43,793 nucleotides of DNA, from NCBI GenBank assembly GCA_049281755.1, contig JBAPSR010000073.1, positions 1 to 43,793 of the forward strand. Reading direction: 5' to 3'. This DNA is from Candidatus Binataceae bacterium (GTDB taxonomy: Bacteria; Desulfobacterota; Binatia; Binatales; Binataceae). Numbering within the stretch: position 1 is the first letter of the stretch; the number at the start of each line of letters is the position of its first letter. The notes beneath the pieces were generated by a model. The model did not search any database, had not been told where the DNA came from, and saw nothing but the letters and a program-made list of their open reading frames with translations. Made by a program: the position numbers and the translations under genes. Shown one piece after another: positions 34,506 to 42,523 of the stretch.

Positions 34506-34856
34506 TGAATGAAGCCCCGAGCTTATAAAGCGTGTGAAAATCTTGGCATTGTTGATGGCTCCTTGACAATGGTCGACGAGTTGAGTCTTGAACGAGCCAG
34601 GTCGCTCGGAGCAGCAAGCTACCAAGCACCTTCAATTGCTCGGCGACTGCGCGCCTCTGTTGATCGATTGTAGCGGTGGCGGCATTTTTCTAGCGAGCCC
34701 CCGCGGAACAAAATAGCTTCAGATCAGGCAGACGACCGTTATCACGAGCAGATCGACTCGATGGGTCCAGGCGTCGCTGCGCGTCGTCGCGTCAGCCGAC
34801 TCTAATGCTCGGTAGAGAGCGTTGCATAGTTTTCCTTCTGAAACGCGGACAGTTAA

Positions 34857-35873
34857 CTAGCGATATTCGTCGCCGCAATCGCCGATCAGCTTCATCAAGT
34901 CGCGCGATTTTGCGAGCACCGCATCGATGCTGGCATAATCTTCGGTATCGAGAGCGAGGCCAAACGCGCGCGCATTGTCGGCGATATGCTGTGCTACACC
35001 GAGCCGCGTGCCCACGATTGCGCCAGCCACCCCTGGACGGTCCAGGATGTAGCGCACGCCGACGTTGGAGATACCCACTTGATGCTTGTCGGCGATCGTC
35101 CTCAGAACGCCGAGCAGTTCCTGAAACAACGCCCATCCGCCCCACGTATCGATCATGTTGCCGTATTTCTGCAGCGATGCGGTGATGAGTTCGCTCCGGC
35201 GCGGCTGGGGCACGCCCAGATATTTCTCCGAGAGCAGTCCGCCGAGGACAGTTCCATAGGCGAGCAACGTGATTCCGTGATCTCGGCAGAACGCCGTCAT
35301 CGCAACCGCGGGCCGGCGATCGACGAGCGAGTACTGCACCTGGTTCGACACGATGCGGATGCCGCGATCCGTGATGATGCGAAGACGTTCGGTGTCGAAG
35401 TTGGTGAGCGCGAGATGTCGAATTTTGCCGTCATGCTGCAAGTCGCTCAGATGCTTGAGCGCGTCGAGATAGCCGGTATCCTCATAGTCCCACCAGTGAA
35501 ATTGCAGCAGGTCAAGACACTTGACGCTCATTCGCGAGAGCGAGAGTTCGATCGCGTCTTTAACCATGACTCGCGTCACTCGACCTGGCCGCGGAACCCA
35601 CTTGGTGAATGCCTGAATTTCTGTAAGCCGCGCGGCCCCGTGCCGCGCGGCGAACTCGCGTCGGAACTCTGCGATGAAATCCTCGGCGGGACCGTAATGG
35701 TCAGCAAGATCCCACGTGGTGAACCCGGCGTCGTGATAAGCGAACATCTCGGCGATTGCGCGAGAGGGTTCGATATAGCCGTGCGCGCCGGAGATTTGCC
35801 ACATGCCGTTGAGAATGCGGCAGATGCTGAGATCGGGAGCGAACTGGAACCGACTCGATGCTGGTAACGCCAT
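34857..35873 (-). CDS. aldo/keto reductase
   Basis: ATG 35873 lies after a GGAAAGGAAA purine tract; the 419-aa ORF-track version is over-extended. Motifs 'WDLADHYG' (D..Y) and 'HLALTNF'. Confidence 0.8.
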   Translation of the reverse strand: MALPASSRFQFAPDLSICRILNGMWQISGAHGYIEPSRAIAEMFAYHDAGFTTWDLADHYGPAEDFIAEFRREFAARHGAARLTEIQAFTKWVPRPGRVTRVMVKDAIELSLSRMSVKCLDLLQFHWWDYEDTGYLDALKHLSDLQHDGKIRHLALTNFDTERLRIITDRGIRIVSNQVQYSLVDRRPAVAMTAFCRDHGITLLAYGTVLGGLLSEKYLGVPQPRRSELITASLQKYGNMIDTWGGWALFQELLGVLRTIADKHQVGISNVGVRYILDRPGVAGAIVGTRLGVAQHIADNARAFGLALDTEDYASIDAVLAKSRDLMKLIGDCGDEYR

Positions 35874-36006
35874 TTTCCTTTCCTCAGCTCCGCGCCCGAT
35901 TCTAGCGCTTGAGGAGCGGCTCGCGAAGTTCACAGCATGACCCGTACGGGGTGATTCGGTGCTAAGGTTCCACCCACCCAAACGGCACGCGCGGGGAAGA
36001 TAGTCC

Positions 36007-36873
36007 ATGAAAATCGGCGTACTCGCATTTCTCACCGAGCAATCGGGAAATCCAGGCGCAATCGCACACGAGGTGGAGAACCTCGGCTTTGAATCGTTCT
36101 TCGTCGCAGAGCACATGGCGGTCCCGAGCAGCTACACGACGGATTATCCGCGATCGCACGACGGGAAAGTCCTTGAATTCTACGCGCGATTGATCGATCC
36201 GTTCGTCGCGCTTGCGATCGCGGCCGATTCGACCTCGCGGATCAAACTCGGCACCGCGATCTGCCTGCTGCCGCAGCGCAACGTTCTTGAAACGGCGAAA
36301 GTGACGGCGTCGATTGATCTCTACTCGAAGGGACGGCTCATCCTTGGTGTCGGCGCAGGATGGTTCCGCGAGGAAGCGCAGGTCATGGGCGTCGATTTTA
36401 CCCGGCGCTGGCAGCATCTGCGCGAAGCGGTCGAGGCCTTGCGCCTGCTGTGGAGCGCTGATGACGTCAGTTACTCAGGCGAGATCGTGAAATTTCCTTC
36501 CGTGAAGCTCGGGCCCAAGCCGGTGCAGAAACCAGGGCCGCCGATATTGCTCGGCGCGCACGATCCAAAGTACGCGCTCAAACGGGTTGCGCGCTACGCT
36601 GATGGATGGTGCCCGGGCGGACTGAGCGTTGAGAAGGCGCGTGAGTGCATTCCGCAAATAAAGAAGATGGCCAAGGAATTCGGCCGCGATCCCGCCAAGC
36701 TCGAGTTTTCCGTGCTGTTGATGGGCGCCGAAGGGCCGACCGCTGATGCGATGAAGCAATACCAGGAGGCGGGCGTGAGCCGGCTAGTCGTCGCGGCGTC
36801 AGCGGTGTCGGAAGACGGCGTTAAAGTGGTGCGCGGACTCGGATCGATCGTCGAGCGCGCGGCGAAGCTATAG
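36007..36873 (+). CDS. LLM-class F420-dependent oxidoreductase (luciferase-like)
   Basis: Motifs 'GFESFFVAEHMAVP', 'IKLGTAICLLPQRN', 'GRLILGVGAGW'. It resembles the Rv2161c-type LLM subfamily, judged from memory. Confidence 0.8.
   Translation: MKIGVLAFLTEQSGNPGAIAHEVENLGFESFFVAEHMAVPSSYTTDYPRSHDGKVLEFYARLIDPFVALAIAADSTSRIKLGTAICLLPQRNVLETAKVTASIDLYSKGRLILGVGAGWFREEAQVMGVDFTRRWQHLREAVEALRLLWSADDVSYSGEIVKFPSVKLGPKPVQKPGPPILLGAHDPKYALKRVARYADGWCPGGLSVEKARECIPQIKKMAKEFGRDPAKLEFSVLLMGAEGPTADAMKQYQEAGVSRLVVAASAVSEDGVKVVRGLGSIVERAAKL
36802..36836. repeat. 35-nt repeat, copy 1 (inside the LLM gene 3' region)
   Basis: GCGGTGTCGGAAGACGGCGTTAAAGTGGTGCGCGG matches 38899-38933 at 33/35. It is in codon phase 1 in both genes and encodes AVSE(D/G)GVKVVRG. 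Confidence 0.9.
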
Positions 36874-36939
36874 GACCTCTAGTTTGCGGGGCGGACAATT
36901 TTCGAAGCTGATGACCTCCGCCTGGGGAGGAACCTCCAG

Positions 36940-37935
36940 ATGAGTGCCAGCAAAATCAGGATTGGGATTCTCGGCGTGGGCGCAATGGGATCGGAGCATG
37001 CCGGTTCCCTCCTCAATGTTCCCGGCGTGGAAGTTGTGGCGGTTTTCAGTCGTGATCGCGGCCGCGCGGCAGCAGCAGCCAAGACTTGCGGCGCGAAGCC
37101 GACCATCGATGCCATGGAAGTCATCGCCCATCCCGCTGTCGATGCAATCGACGTCTGTGTTCCCAGCGTGAACCATCGTGAGTTCGTAATCGCCGCCATC
37201 AAGCACGGCAAACACGTTTTCTGCGAAACGCCTTTCGCGCTTTCGATCGAAGACGGACGCGCGATGATCGATGCTGCATCCCAATCCAAGCGCATCCTGA
37301 TGGTCGGACTTTTGATGCGCTCGATCGCGCATTATGAGCATGCGTATCGGGCTGCCCGTTCGGGCGAGCATGGAAAATTGCTAGGAATCACGGCCTATCG
37401 CCTCGGATCGTACCTGCATCCAGGGGCCCCTGATCACAAATCGCACTATTCCGATCCATCGACCGAGTTGATGACCTTCGATTTCGATTTCATCCAGTGG
37501 CTGATGGGGCGGCCGGACCGCGTCAGCGCATCCGCGATTGCCTCTGAGCGCGGCATTCCCGGCGAGATTTCGGCGGTCCTAGGCTATGACGACGGGCGCA
37601 GCGCGACAGTGCTGGCCAGCGGTCTAATGCCAAAGAGCTTTCCATTCTCCGTCGGCTATCGCGCGGTTTTCGAAAGGGGTGCATTGGACCTTCAGAATGT
37701 ATTCGAGGCGGGTCCGCCGAAAACAAATTTCACCTTCTACCCCGCCGAAGGCTCGGCGCAGCGGGTCGAGGTTAACGGCGATAATCCTTACGAAAAGGAA
37801 TTGCGGCTCTTCGCCGAAGCTATCCGAGACGAAACCGCCGGAGATTTGCTCGCACCCGAGCACGCAATCAACGCGCTCGTGCTCTCGATCGCCACACAGA
37901 GATCGATGCGCGAGCGGCGCGCGATCGAATTATGA
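36940..37935 (+). CDS. Gfo/Idh/MocA family NAD(P)-dependent oxidoreductase
   Basis: 'IRIGILGVGAMGSEH' Rossmann motif. 'VFCETPFA' is an EKP-motif variant. GGAGG lies 9 nt upstream of ATG 36940. Confidence 0.8.
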   Translation: MSASKIRIGILGVGAMGSEHAGSLLNVPGVEVVAVFSRDRGRAAAAAKTCGAKPTIDAMEVIAHPAVDAIDVCVPSVNHREFVIAAIKHGKHVFCETPFALSIEDGRAMIDAASQSKRILMVGLLMRSIAHYEHAYRAARSGEHGKLLGITAYRLGSYLHPGAPDHKSHYSDPSTELMTFDFDFIQWLMGRPDRVSASAIASERGIPGEISAVLGYDDGRSATVLASGLMPKSFPFSVGYRAVFERGALDLQNVFEAGPPKTNFTFYPAEGSAQRVEVNGDNPYEKELRLFAEAIRDETAGDLLAPEHAINALVLSIATQRSMRERRAIEL

Positions 37936-38031
37936 AGGATCCGGCAACGACCGCGTGAGAGAAACCCAACGCTCACGTGAAAATCGGCCGGCGCCTGAAT
38001 TTGCCGGATCGTCGCGCGCTCGGAGGAACTT

Positions 38032-38943
38032 ATGATGAGACCGACCAGCCTCGGCGGAAGCTTCACGTTCGCAAAGACTTCGCTGACCGTGAACCGCATG
38101 GGTTACGGCGCGATGCAGCTGGCCGGCCCCGGCGTATGGGGCCCGCCCAAGGACCTCGACGGTGCCGTCGGCGTCCTTCGCGAGGCCGTCGCGGCAGGCG
38201 TGAACCACGTTGACACGGCCGACTACTACGGGCCGCACGTCACCAACCAGATCGTCCGGCAGGCGCTGCACCCGTACCCTGCGGGGTTGGTGATCGTCAC
38301 CAAGCTCGGGGGACGGCGCCCTCCCGACAAGTCGTGGCAGCCGGCTATCTCGCCCCAGGAACTTACGGCGGGTGTGCACGACAACCTGCGAAACCTGGGT
38401 CTCGACGTTCTCGACATCGTTAATTACCGCGTGATGGGGTCGGGCCACGGCCCCGAGGAGGGGTCCATCGCCGAGCAGATGACGGTGCTGGCCGACCTCC
38501 AGCGCAAGGGACTGATCCGTCACATCGGCCTGAGCAACGTCACGGCCTCTCAAGTGGCCGAAGCGCAGGCAATCACCGACATCGTATGCGTGCAGAATAA
38601 CTATAATCTGGCCTACCGCCGCGACGACACCCTTATCGACGAGCTTGGACGACAGGGCATCGCTTACGTGCCATTCTTTCCGCTGGGAGGATTCGCGCCG
38701 CTGCAGTCCGCTGCCCTCGACGCGGCCGCAGCGTTCATGAAGGCGAAACCGATGCAGGTAGCGCTGGCATGGCTGCTTCAGCGCGCGCCAAACATCCTGC
38801 TGATTCCCGGTACATCGTCGCTCCACCATCTACGAGAGAATCTCGAGGCGGCAACGCTGCAACTCTCTCCGGAAACGATCGCAGAACTCAACGCAATCGC
38901 GGTGTCGGAAGGCGGAGTTAAAGTGGTGCGCGGTAGATGCTGA
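38032..38943 (+). CDS. aldo/keto reductase with a chimeric C-terminal tail
   Basis: GGAGG lies 5 nt before ATG 38032. Motifs 'VNHVDTADYYG', 'HIGLSNV', 'LLIPGTSS..HLRENL'. The last 15 codons derive from the 35-nt LLM-like repeat. Confidence 0.85.
   Translation: MMRPTSLGGSFTFAKTSLTVNRMGYGAMQLAGPGVWGPPKDLDGAVGVLREAVAAGVNHVDTADYYGPHVTNQIVRQALHPYPAGLVIVTKLGGRRPPDKSWQPAISPQELTAGVHDNLRNLGLDVLDIVNYRVMGSGHGPEEGSIAEQMTVLADLQRKGLIRHIGLSNVTASQVAEAQAITDIVCVQNNYNLAYRRDDTLIDELGRQGIAYVPFFPLGGFAPLQSAALDAAAAFMKAKPMQVALAWLLQRAPNILLIPGTSSLHHLRENLEAATLQLSPETIAELNAIAVSEGGVKVVRGRC
38782..38901 (+). repeat. 120-nt direct repeat, copy 1 (AKR 3' coding end); partner 40474-40593
   Basis: Constant offset of 1692 nt with no indels. 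12 mismatches in 120 nt, counted by hand. Confidence 0.9.
38899..38933. repeat. 35-nt repeat, copy 2 (tail of the AKR gene)
   Basis: See 36802-36836. It begins exactly where the 120-nt AKR repeat homology ends. Confidence 0.9.
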
Positions 38944-39317
38944 GGTCTTCTGGATTGAACCTAGCGTCCAGGCTCTTCCACAAGAAACCGGCTCGTGCGA
39001 AAGCAATGCACAGCAAGAGAATCGCGATCGGCCAGCGATTCAACGCCATCGCGATCCCGCTTGCGGATATGAGCGGATTCTGGCGAGTTTCGTCTTTGAT
39101 TCCGACGTATCCGGTCACGCCCCGACCCCCACGACCTCAGACCCAACGCCGCGCCGCAGCGGCGCTATCGGTGATCCACGCTTACACCACGAATCATCAT
39201 AGTCAGCACGCGATCGAAAAGGGAGATGGGGACAACGCGGGATTTTTCGCGAGACGATACGAAGTAGGCATACCGACGCTAGTGATTTTGAAGGTCACGC
39301 CCGACGGTGGAGTCAAG

Positions 39318-39842
39318 CTAATGTTCCTCGCCGCGGAGCCTTAGAATTGTATAATAGATGACGAGTAAGACGAAAGGCACGGAAATGACCATTCCAGGGC
39401 CAACGATATGAAGGCTTGCGATCATCAGTCCTAGCCAGAGAATAGCGAGTGTGAGTCGAACTTCGTCGCTACGCCGCTCCCATACGATCCCGATCCCAAG
39501 CAACAGCGGGCTGAGTGCAAGGAATCCGTAAAACTCTCCAAATCTGACTGATAGGGCGGTTTCCGCGACGAAACCTGCGAAAGACACCGTGGCCGCCACT
39601 GGTTTTAGAATGAAATCTTGATCAGGGCGTGACCCTCTAGGCAAATCTAGGATGAACCCAAATAACATAACGAGATGCCAATAGTAAAGATCCACACAAG
39701 CAGCTTCAAAAAGTGCTTCGATACTCATCCTGCTGCCAGATTGAACCCACCCGACGAGCGCGATCGCGAGTCCCACAACCGCGCCCGGCAGCAAGAAGTA
39801 TTTAAGCCATTGACGCAGGATTGCCGCTGTATCAGAAGTCAT
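39318..39842 (-). CDS. polytopic (~6 TM) membrane protein, unknown family
   Basis: ATG 39842-39840 overlaps the TGA (39841-39839) of the YD-repeat fragment as an ATGA junction. Six hydrophobic segments. GC is clearly lower: 54% and 41% in two hand-counted 100-nt samples. Confidence 0.55.
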   Translation of the reverse strand: MTSDTAAILRQWLKYFLLPGAVVGLAIALVGWVQSGSRMSIEALFEAACVDLYYWHLVMLFGFILDLPRGSRPDQDFILKPVAATVSFAGFVAETALSVRFGEFYGFLALSPLLLGIGIVWERRSDEVRLTLAILWLGLMIASLHIVGPGMVISVPFVLLVIYYTILRLRGEEH

Positions 39843-40473
39843 CGAGAGTTGATCAACCTCTTCCACGTGGCCGTTGGCATAGCGGCCGGCAGATTTACCG
39901 CCGCCAGACTGCCGCCGAGACTGTTTACCCGGCCATCGTTGTCATAACCGTAGGTGAGGTTGCCCAGCGTGCCCCCGCCTGTGCTGCTGTAGCTTATCGA
40001 AGTCGGATGCGAGTCCGCGTCGTACTGGTTGTAGTTGACCGTAACTCCATTCGGAAGCGTGAGGGCGGTGTAGCGGCCGTCGGAATCGTATGAAATGCCC
40101 ACGCTCTGCGCGCCCCGGCTTTCCGAGGTCAGGTGATTGTCCTTGTCGTAGCCATAGCTTGTTTGCGCCTGACTTCCCGCGGTCATCGTCAAGCGGTTCT
40201 GATCATTGTCGTAGGTGTAGGTGACGGTGTTGTTCAGCGGGCTCGACGCATAAGAGGCCGTGAGCATGTCATCCAGCCCGTCATAAGTCGCGGACAGTGT
40301 GTCAATCACGCTCGACGTTCCCTGATTATCCTGCGCGCTGGTCAGGCGGTTTCCGCCGTCGTAGGTATAGACGGTTCGGGTCTGATTGTAGCCCTGTTTA
40401 TTGGTGGTGTTGTAGCTCGCTTCCGTCAGCCGGTTAAGCCCGTCGTAGGTGAAGCCCGAGGTGAGGTTGCGCC
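39839..40473 (-). pseudogene. 5'- and 3'-truncated RHS/YD-repeat protein fragment
   Basis: Eight YD repeats, including 'FTYDGLNRLT', 'YTYDGGNRLT', 'YTYDNDQNRLT', 'YGYDKDNHLT', 'ISYDSDGRYT' and 'YGYDNDGRVN'. No N-terminal domain, no PxxxxDPxGL core end, no toxin domain. The first 38 codons of the 249-aa ORF are antisense to an AKR fragment. Confidence 0.75.
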
Positions 40474-40611
40474 CGCGCGCGAAACATTCTGTTGATTCCC
40501 GGTACATCGTCGATTCACCATTTACGAGAGAATCTCGAGGCGGCGGCGCTGCAACTCTCTCCCGATACAATCGCAGAACTCGACGCAATCGCGATCGGCC
40601 CTAAGGGGTAG
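40474..40611 (+). pseudogene. displaced aldo/keto reductase 3' fragment (contains copy 2 of the 120-nt repeat)
   Basis: Translates in frame as 'NILLIPGTSSIHHLRENLEAAALQLSPDTIAELDAIAIGPKG*', compared with 'NILLIPGTSSLHHLRENLEAATLQLSPETIAELNAIA' in the intact gene. There is no upstream coding part. Confidence 0.85.
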
Positions 40612-40623
40612 TCCCCTGAAGGG

Positions 40624-40938
40624 GTTGTCGATGCCTGCGAAAATTCAGCTGGATCAGGCTTACGGCTTCGACGGACCGATCCCCGTTACCAAGGTGAGAA
40701 TTGCGACGCCAATGTGAAGGCGGCGCGGATGGTGTACGATTTCGCCGCGGCCAACCACGCGAAGCCCGGACAGATCGCCCTCGCATGGCTGTTGCAGAAA
40801 GGCTAGGACATGGCGCCGATTCCCGGCACCAAGCGGCGCAAATATCTTGAGGAGAATCCCTCGGCTCCGGGGGCACATCTCTCCAGGCGGATGCATGGCG
40901 ATGATCTGCAGATCTGTCGCCCTAAGAATCGAAGGTAA
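40624..40938 (+). pseudogene. second aldo/keto reductase 3' fragment (different AKR subfamily) with in-frame stop
   Basis: Frame reads '...[62 protein letters not shown]...'. TAG at 40804-40806 interrupts conserved AKR C-terminal blocks. The N-terminal two thirds are missing. Confidence 0.75.
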
Positions 40939-41110
40939 ATGCGTGGCGATGATTCGCGGACCGAGCAGATTCGCGCCCGGATAGGTTTTGCGCGATTCTG
41001 CCGATTTGCGCCGCCCAATGCGCTCTCCGGGTCTGCGTGGATCGCGAATCGCGCGCACACGCGCGGTTTGCGAACGATTCTCCGCGATGTCCGAAAATCG
41101 AGAGACTGGT

Positions 41111-41186
41111 TGGTGGAGCAGAAGGGATTTGAACCCTCGACCCCCGCGTTGCGAACGCGGTGCTCTCCCAGCTGAGCTACTGCCCC
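41111..41186 (-). tRNA. tRNA-Ala (anticodon CGC)
   Basis: Reverse complement: GGGGCAGTAGCTCAGCTGGGAGAGCACCGCGTTCGCAACGCGGGGGTCGAGGGTTCAAATCCCTTCTGCTCCACCA. It folds as a cloverleaf with a G3:U70 Ala identity pair, anticodon loop TTCGCAA, TPsiC loop TTCAAAT and an encoded CCA. Confidence 0.95.
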
Positions 41187-41210
41187 ATCCTGTCCGGAGA
41201 TTGGTAGTGA

Positions 41211-42077
41211 TTATGACGCCAGAATCGTTTGCAAGTAAGAGCGCAACCTATCAGCCAGATCGGGCCGTTTCAACCCGAAGCCGACCTGCGCGGCGATAAA
41301 GCCAACTCTGTCGCCAAGGTCGTAACGCACGCCCTCGAACTGATAGCCGTAGAGCTTGCGCCGACGCGCCAGCGCCATCAACGCGTCGGTTAATTGAATC
41401 TCGCCGCCGGCTCCAGGTTTTCCCGAGGCGAGAAGCTCGAAGATGTCCGGCGTCAGGACGTAGCGCCCCATGATCGCGAGGTCGCTCGGCGCTTTGTCGA
41501 TCGGCGGCTTCTCGACCATCCCGGTGAGCTCGTAGAGCCGATCACCCGCGGGCTTCGCCTCGACGATCCCGTATTTAGGAATCTCGCTGCGCGCGACTTT
41601 CAGCAGCGCGACCACGGGCGCGTCCTTGTCCTCGGCCGCGGCGATCATCTGCGCAAGACACGGGCGCGGACAGTCGAAAATATCGTCGGGCAGCATCACG
41701 GCGAACGGCTCGTCGCCGATCGCCTCGCGCGCCTGCAGAACCGCGTGGCCGAGTCCCAGCGGTTTGGCCTGCTCGACGGCGGTGAATCGCGCGAGCGTGT
41801 TGGTGCGCCGCACGGTCTCGAGGACCTCGTGTTTACCGCGCTCTTCAAGATGCATTTCGAGTTCTTGCGCGGCCTTGAAGTGATCGAGAACGATCGTTCG
41901 TCCCGGAGCCACGACGACGAAGATGTCGCGGATTCCGGAGGCGACCGCTTCTTCGACCACCACCTGGATCGCCGGCGTATCGATCACCGGCAGAATTTCC
42001 TTGGGAATAACTTTCGACGCCGGAAGCATCCGCGTGCCCAGACCGGCCGCGACAATAACCGCCTTGGTGATTTTCAT
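41211..42077 (-). CDS. galU: UTP--glucose-1-phosphate uridylyltransferase
   Basis: 'KAVIVAAGLGTRMLPASKVIPKEILPV' nucleotidyl-transferase signature. 'LGLGHAV' and 'VEKP' motifs. 288 aa. Confidence 0.9.
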   Translation of the reverse strand: MKITKAVIVAAGLGTRMLPASKVIPKEILPVIDTPAIQVVVEEAVASGIRDIFVVVAPGRTIVLDHFKAAQELEMHLEERGKHEVLETVRRTNTLARFTAVEQAKPLGLGHAVLQAREAIGDEPFAVMLPDDIFDCPRPCLAQMIAAAEDKDAPVVALLKVARSEIPKYGIVEAKPAGDRLYELTGMVEKPPIDKAPSDLAIMGRYVLTPDIFELLASGKPGAGGEIQLTDALMALARRRKLYGYQFEGVRYDLGDRVGFIAAQVGFGLKRPDLADRLRSYLQTILAS

Positions 42078-42093
42078 GGAAAGAATCGCGCGC

Positions 42094-42453
42094 TCAGGTC
42101 TGCCGCTCGCGCGCTTCCTGCGCCGATTTGCATCCGATGCACAGCGTGGTGACGGGACGCGCGCGCAGCCGCTCGGTGCCGATCTCGCCGCCGCATTCCT
42201 CGCAACGCCCGTAGTTGCCGTCCTCGATCCGCGCGAACGCCTCTTCGATTTTGCCCAGCAGCTTGCGCTCGCGATCGCGCATCCGGAGCAGAAAATTGCG
42301 ATCCGACTCCAGCGTCGCGCGATCGGTCGGGTCGGCGAAGGCTTCTTCCGGACCGCTGTTCATCGAGCCGACTGCGCGTTCCGCCTCGGCGAGGATTTCG
42401 CTCTTTCGGTCTTCGAGCAGTTTTCTGAAGAGCTTGAGGTCTCTTTGCCTCAT
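42094..42453 (-). CDS. dksA: DksA/TraR-family C4 zinc-finger transcription factor
   Basis: ATG 42453 (119 aa). Coiled-coil N-terminal part with acidic tip region, then 'CEECGGEI...LCIGC' C4 finger. It lies 16 nt upstream of galU on the same strand. Confidence 0.8.
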   Translation of the reverse strand: MRQRDLKLFRKLLEDRKSEILAEAERAVGSMNSGPEEAFADPTDRATLESDRNFLLRMRDRERKLLGKIEEAFARIEDGNYGRCEECGGEIGTERLRARPVTTLCIGCKSAQEARERQT

Positions 42454-42523
42454 GGTTGGTTGTTCCGGCACGGGCCGAGTTATTGATTCTATCGGCGCCC
42501 TGATAGCATGTAAAGCTCGGAAC

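Noticed and set aside
38918-39118. 66-aa minus-strand ORF with one hydrophobic segment (WPIAILLLCIAFARAGFLW), located in the insert between the AKR repeats.
   Set aside because: It has a GTG start without an RBS, and its 3' end is simply the antisense of the 35-nt repeat and AKR tail. It may be a remnant, but the evidence is insufficient to call a gene.
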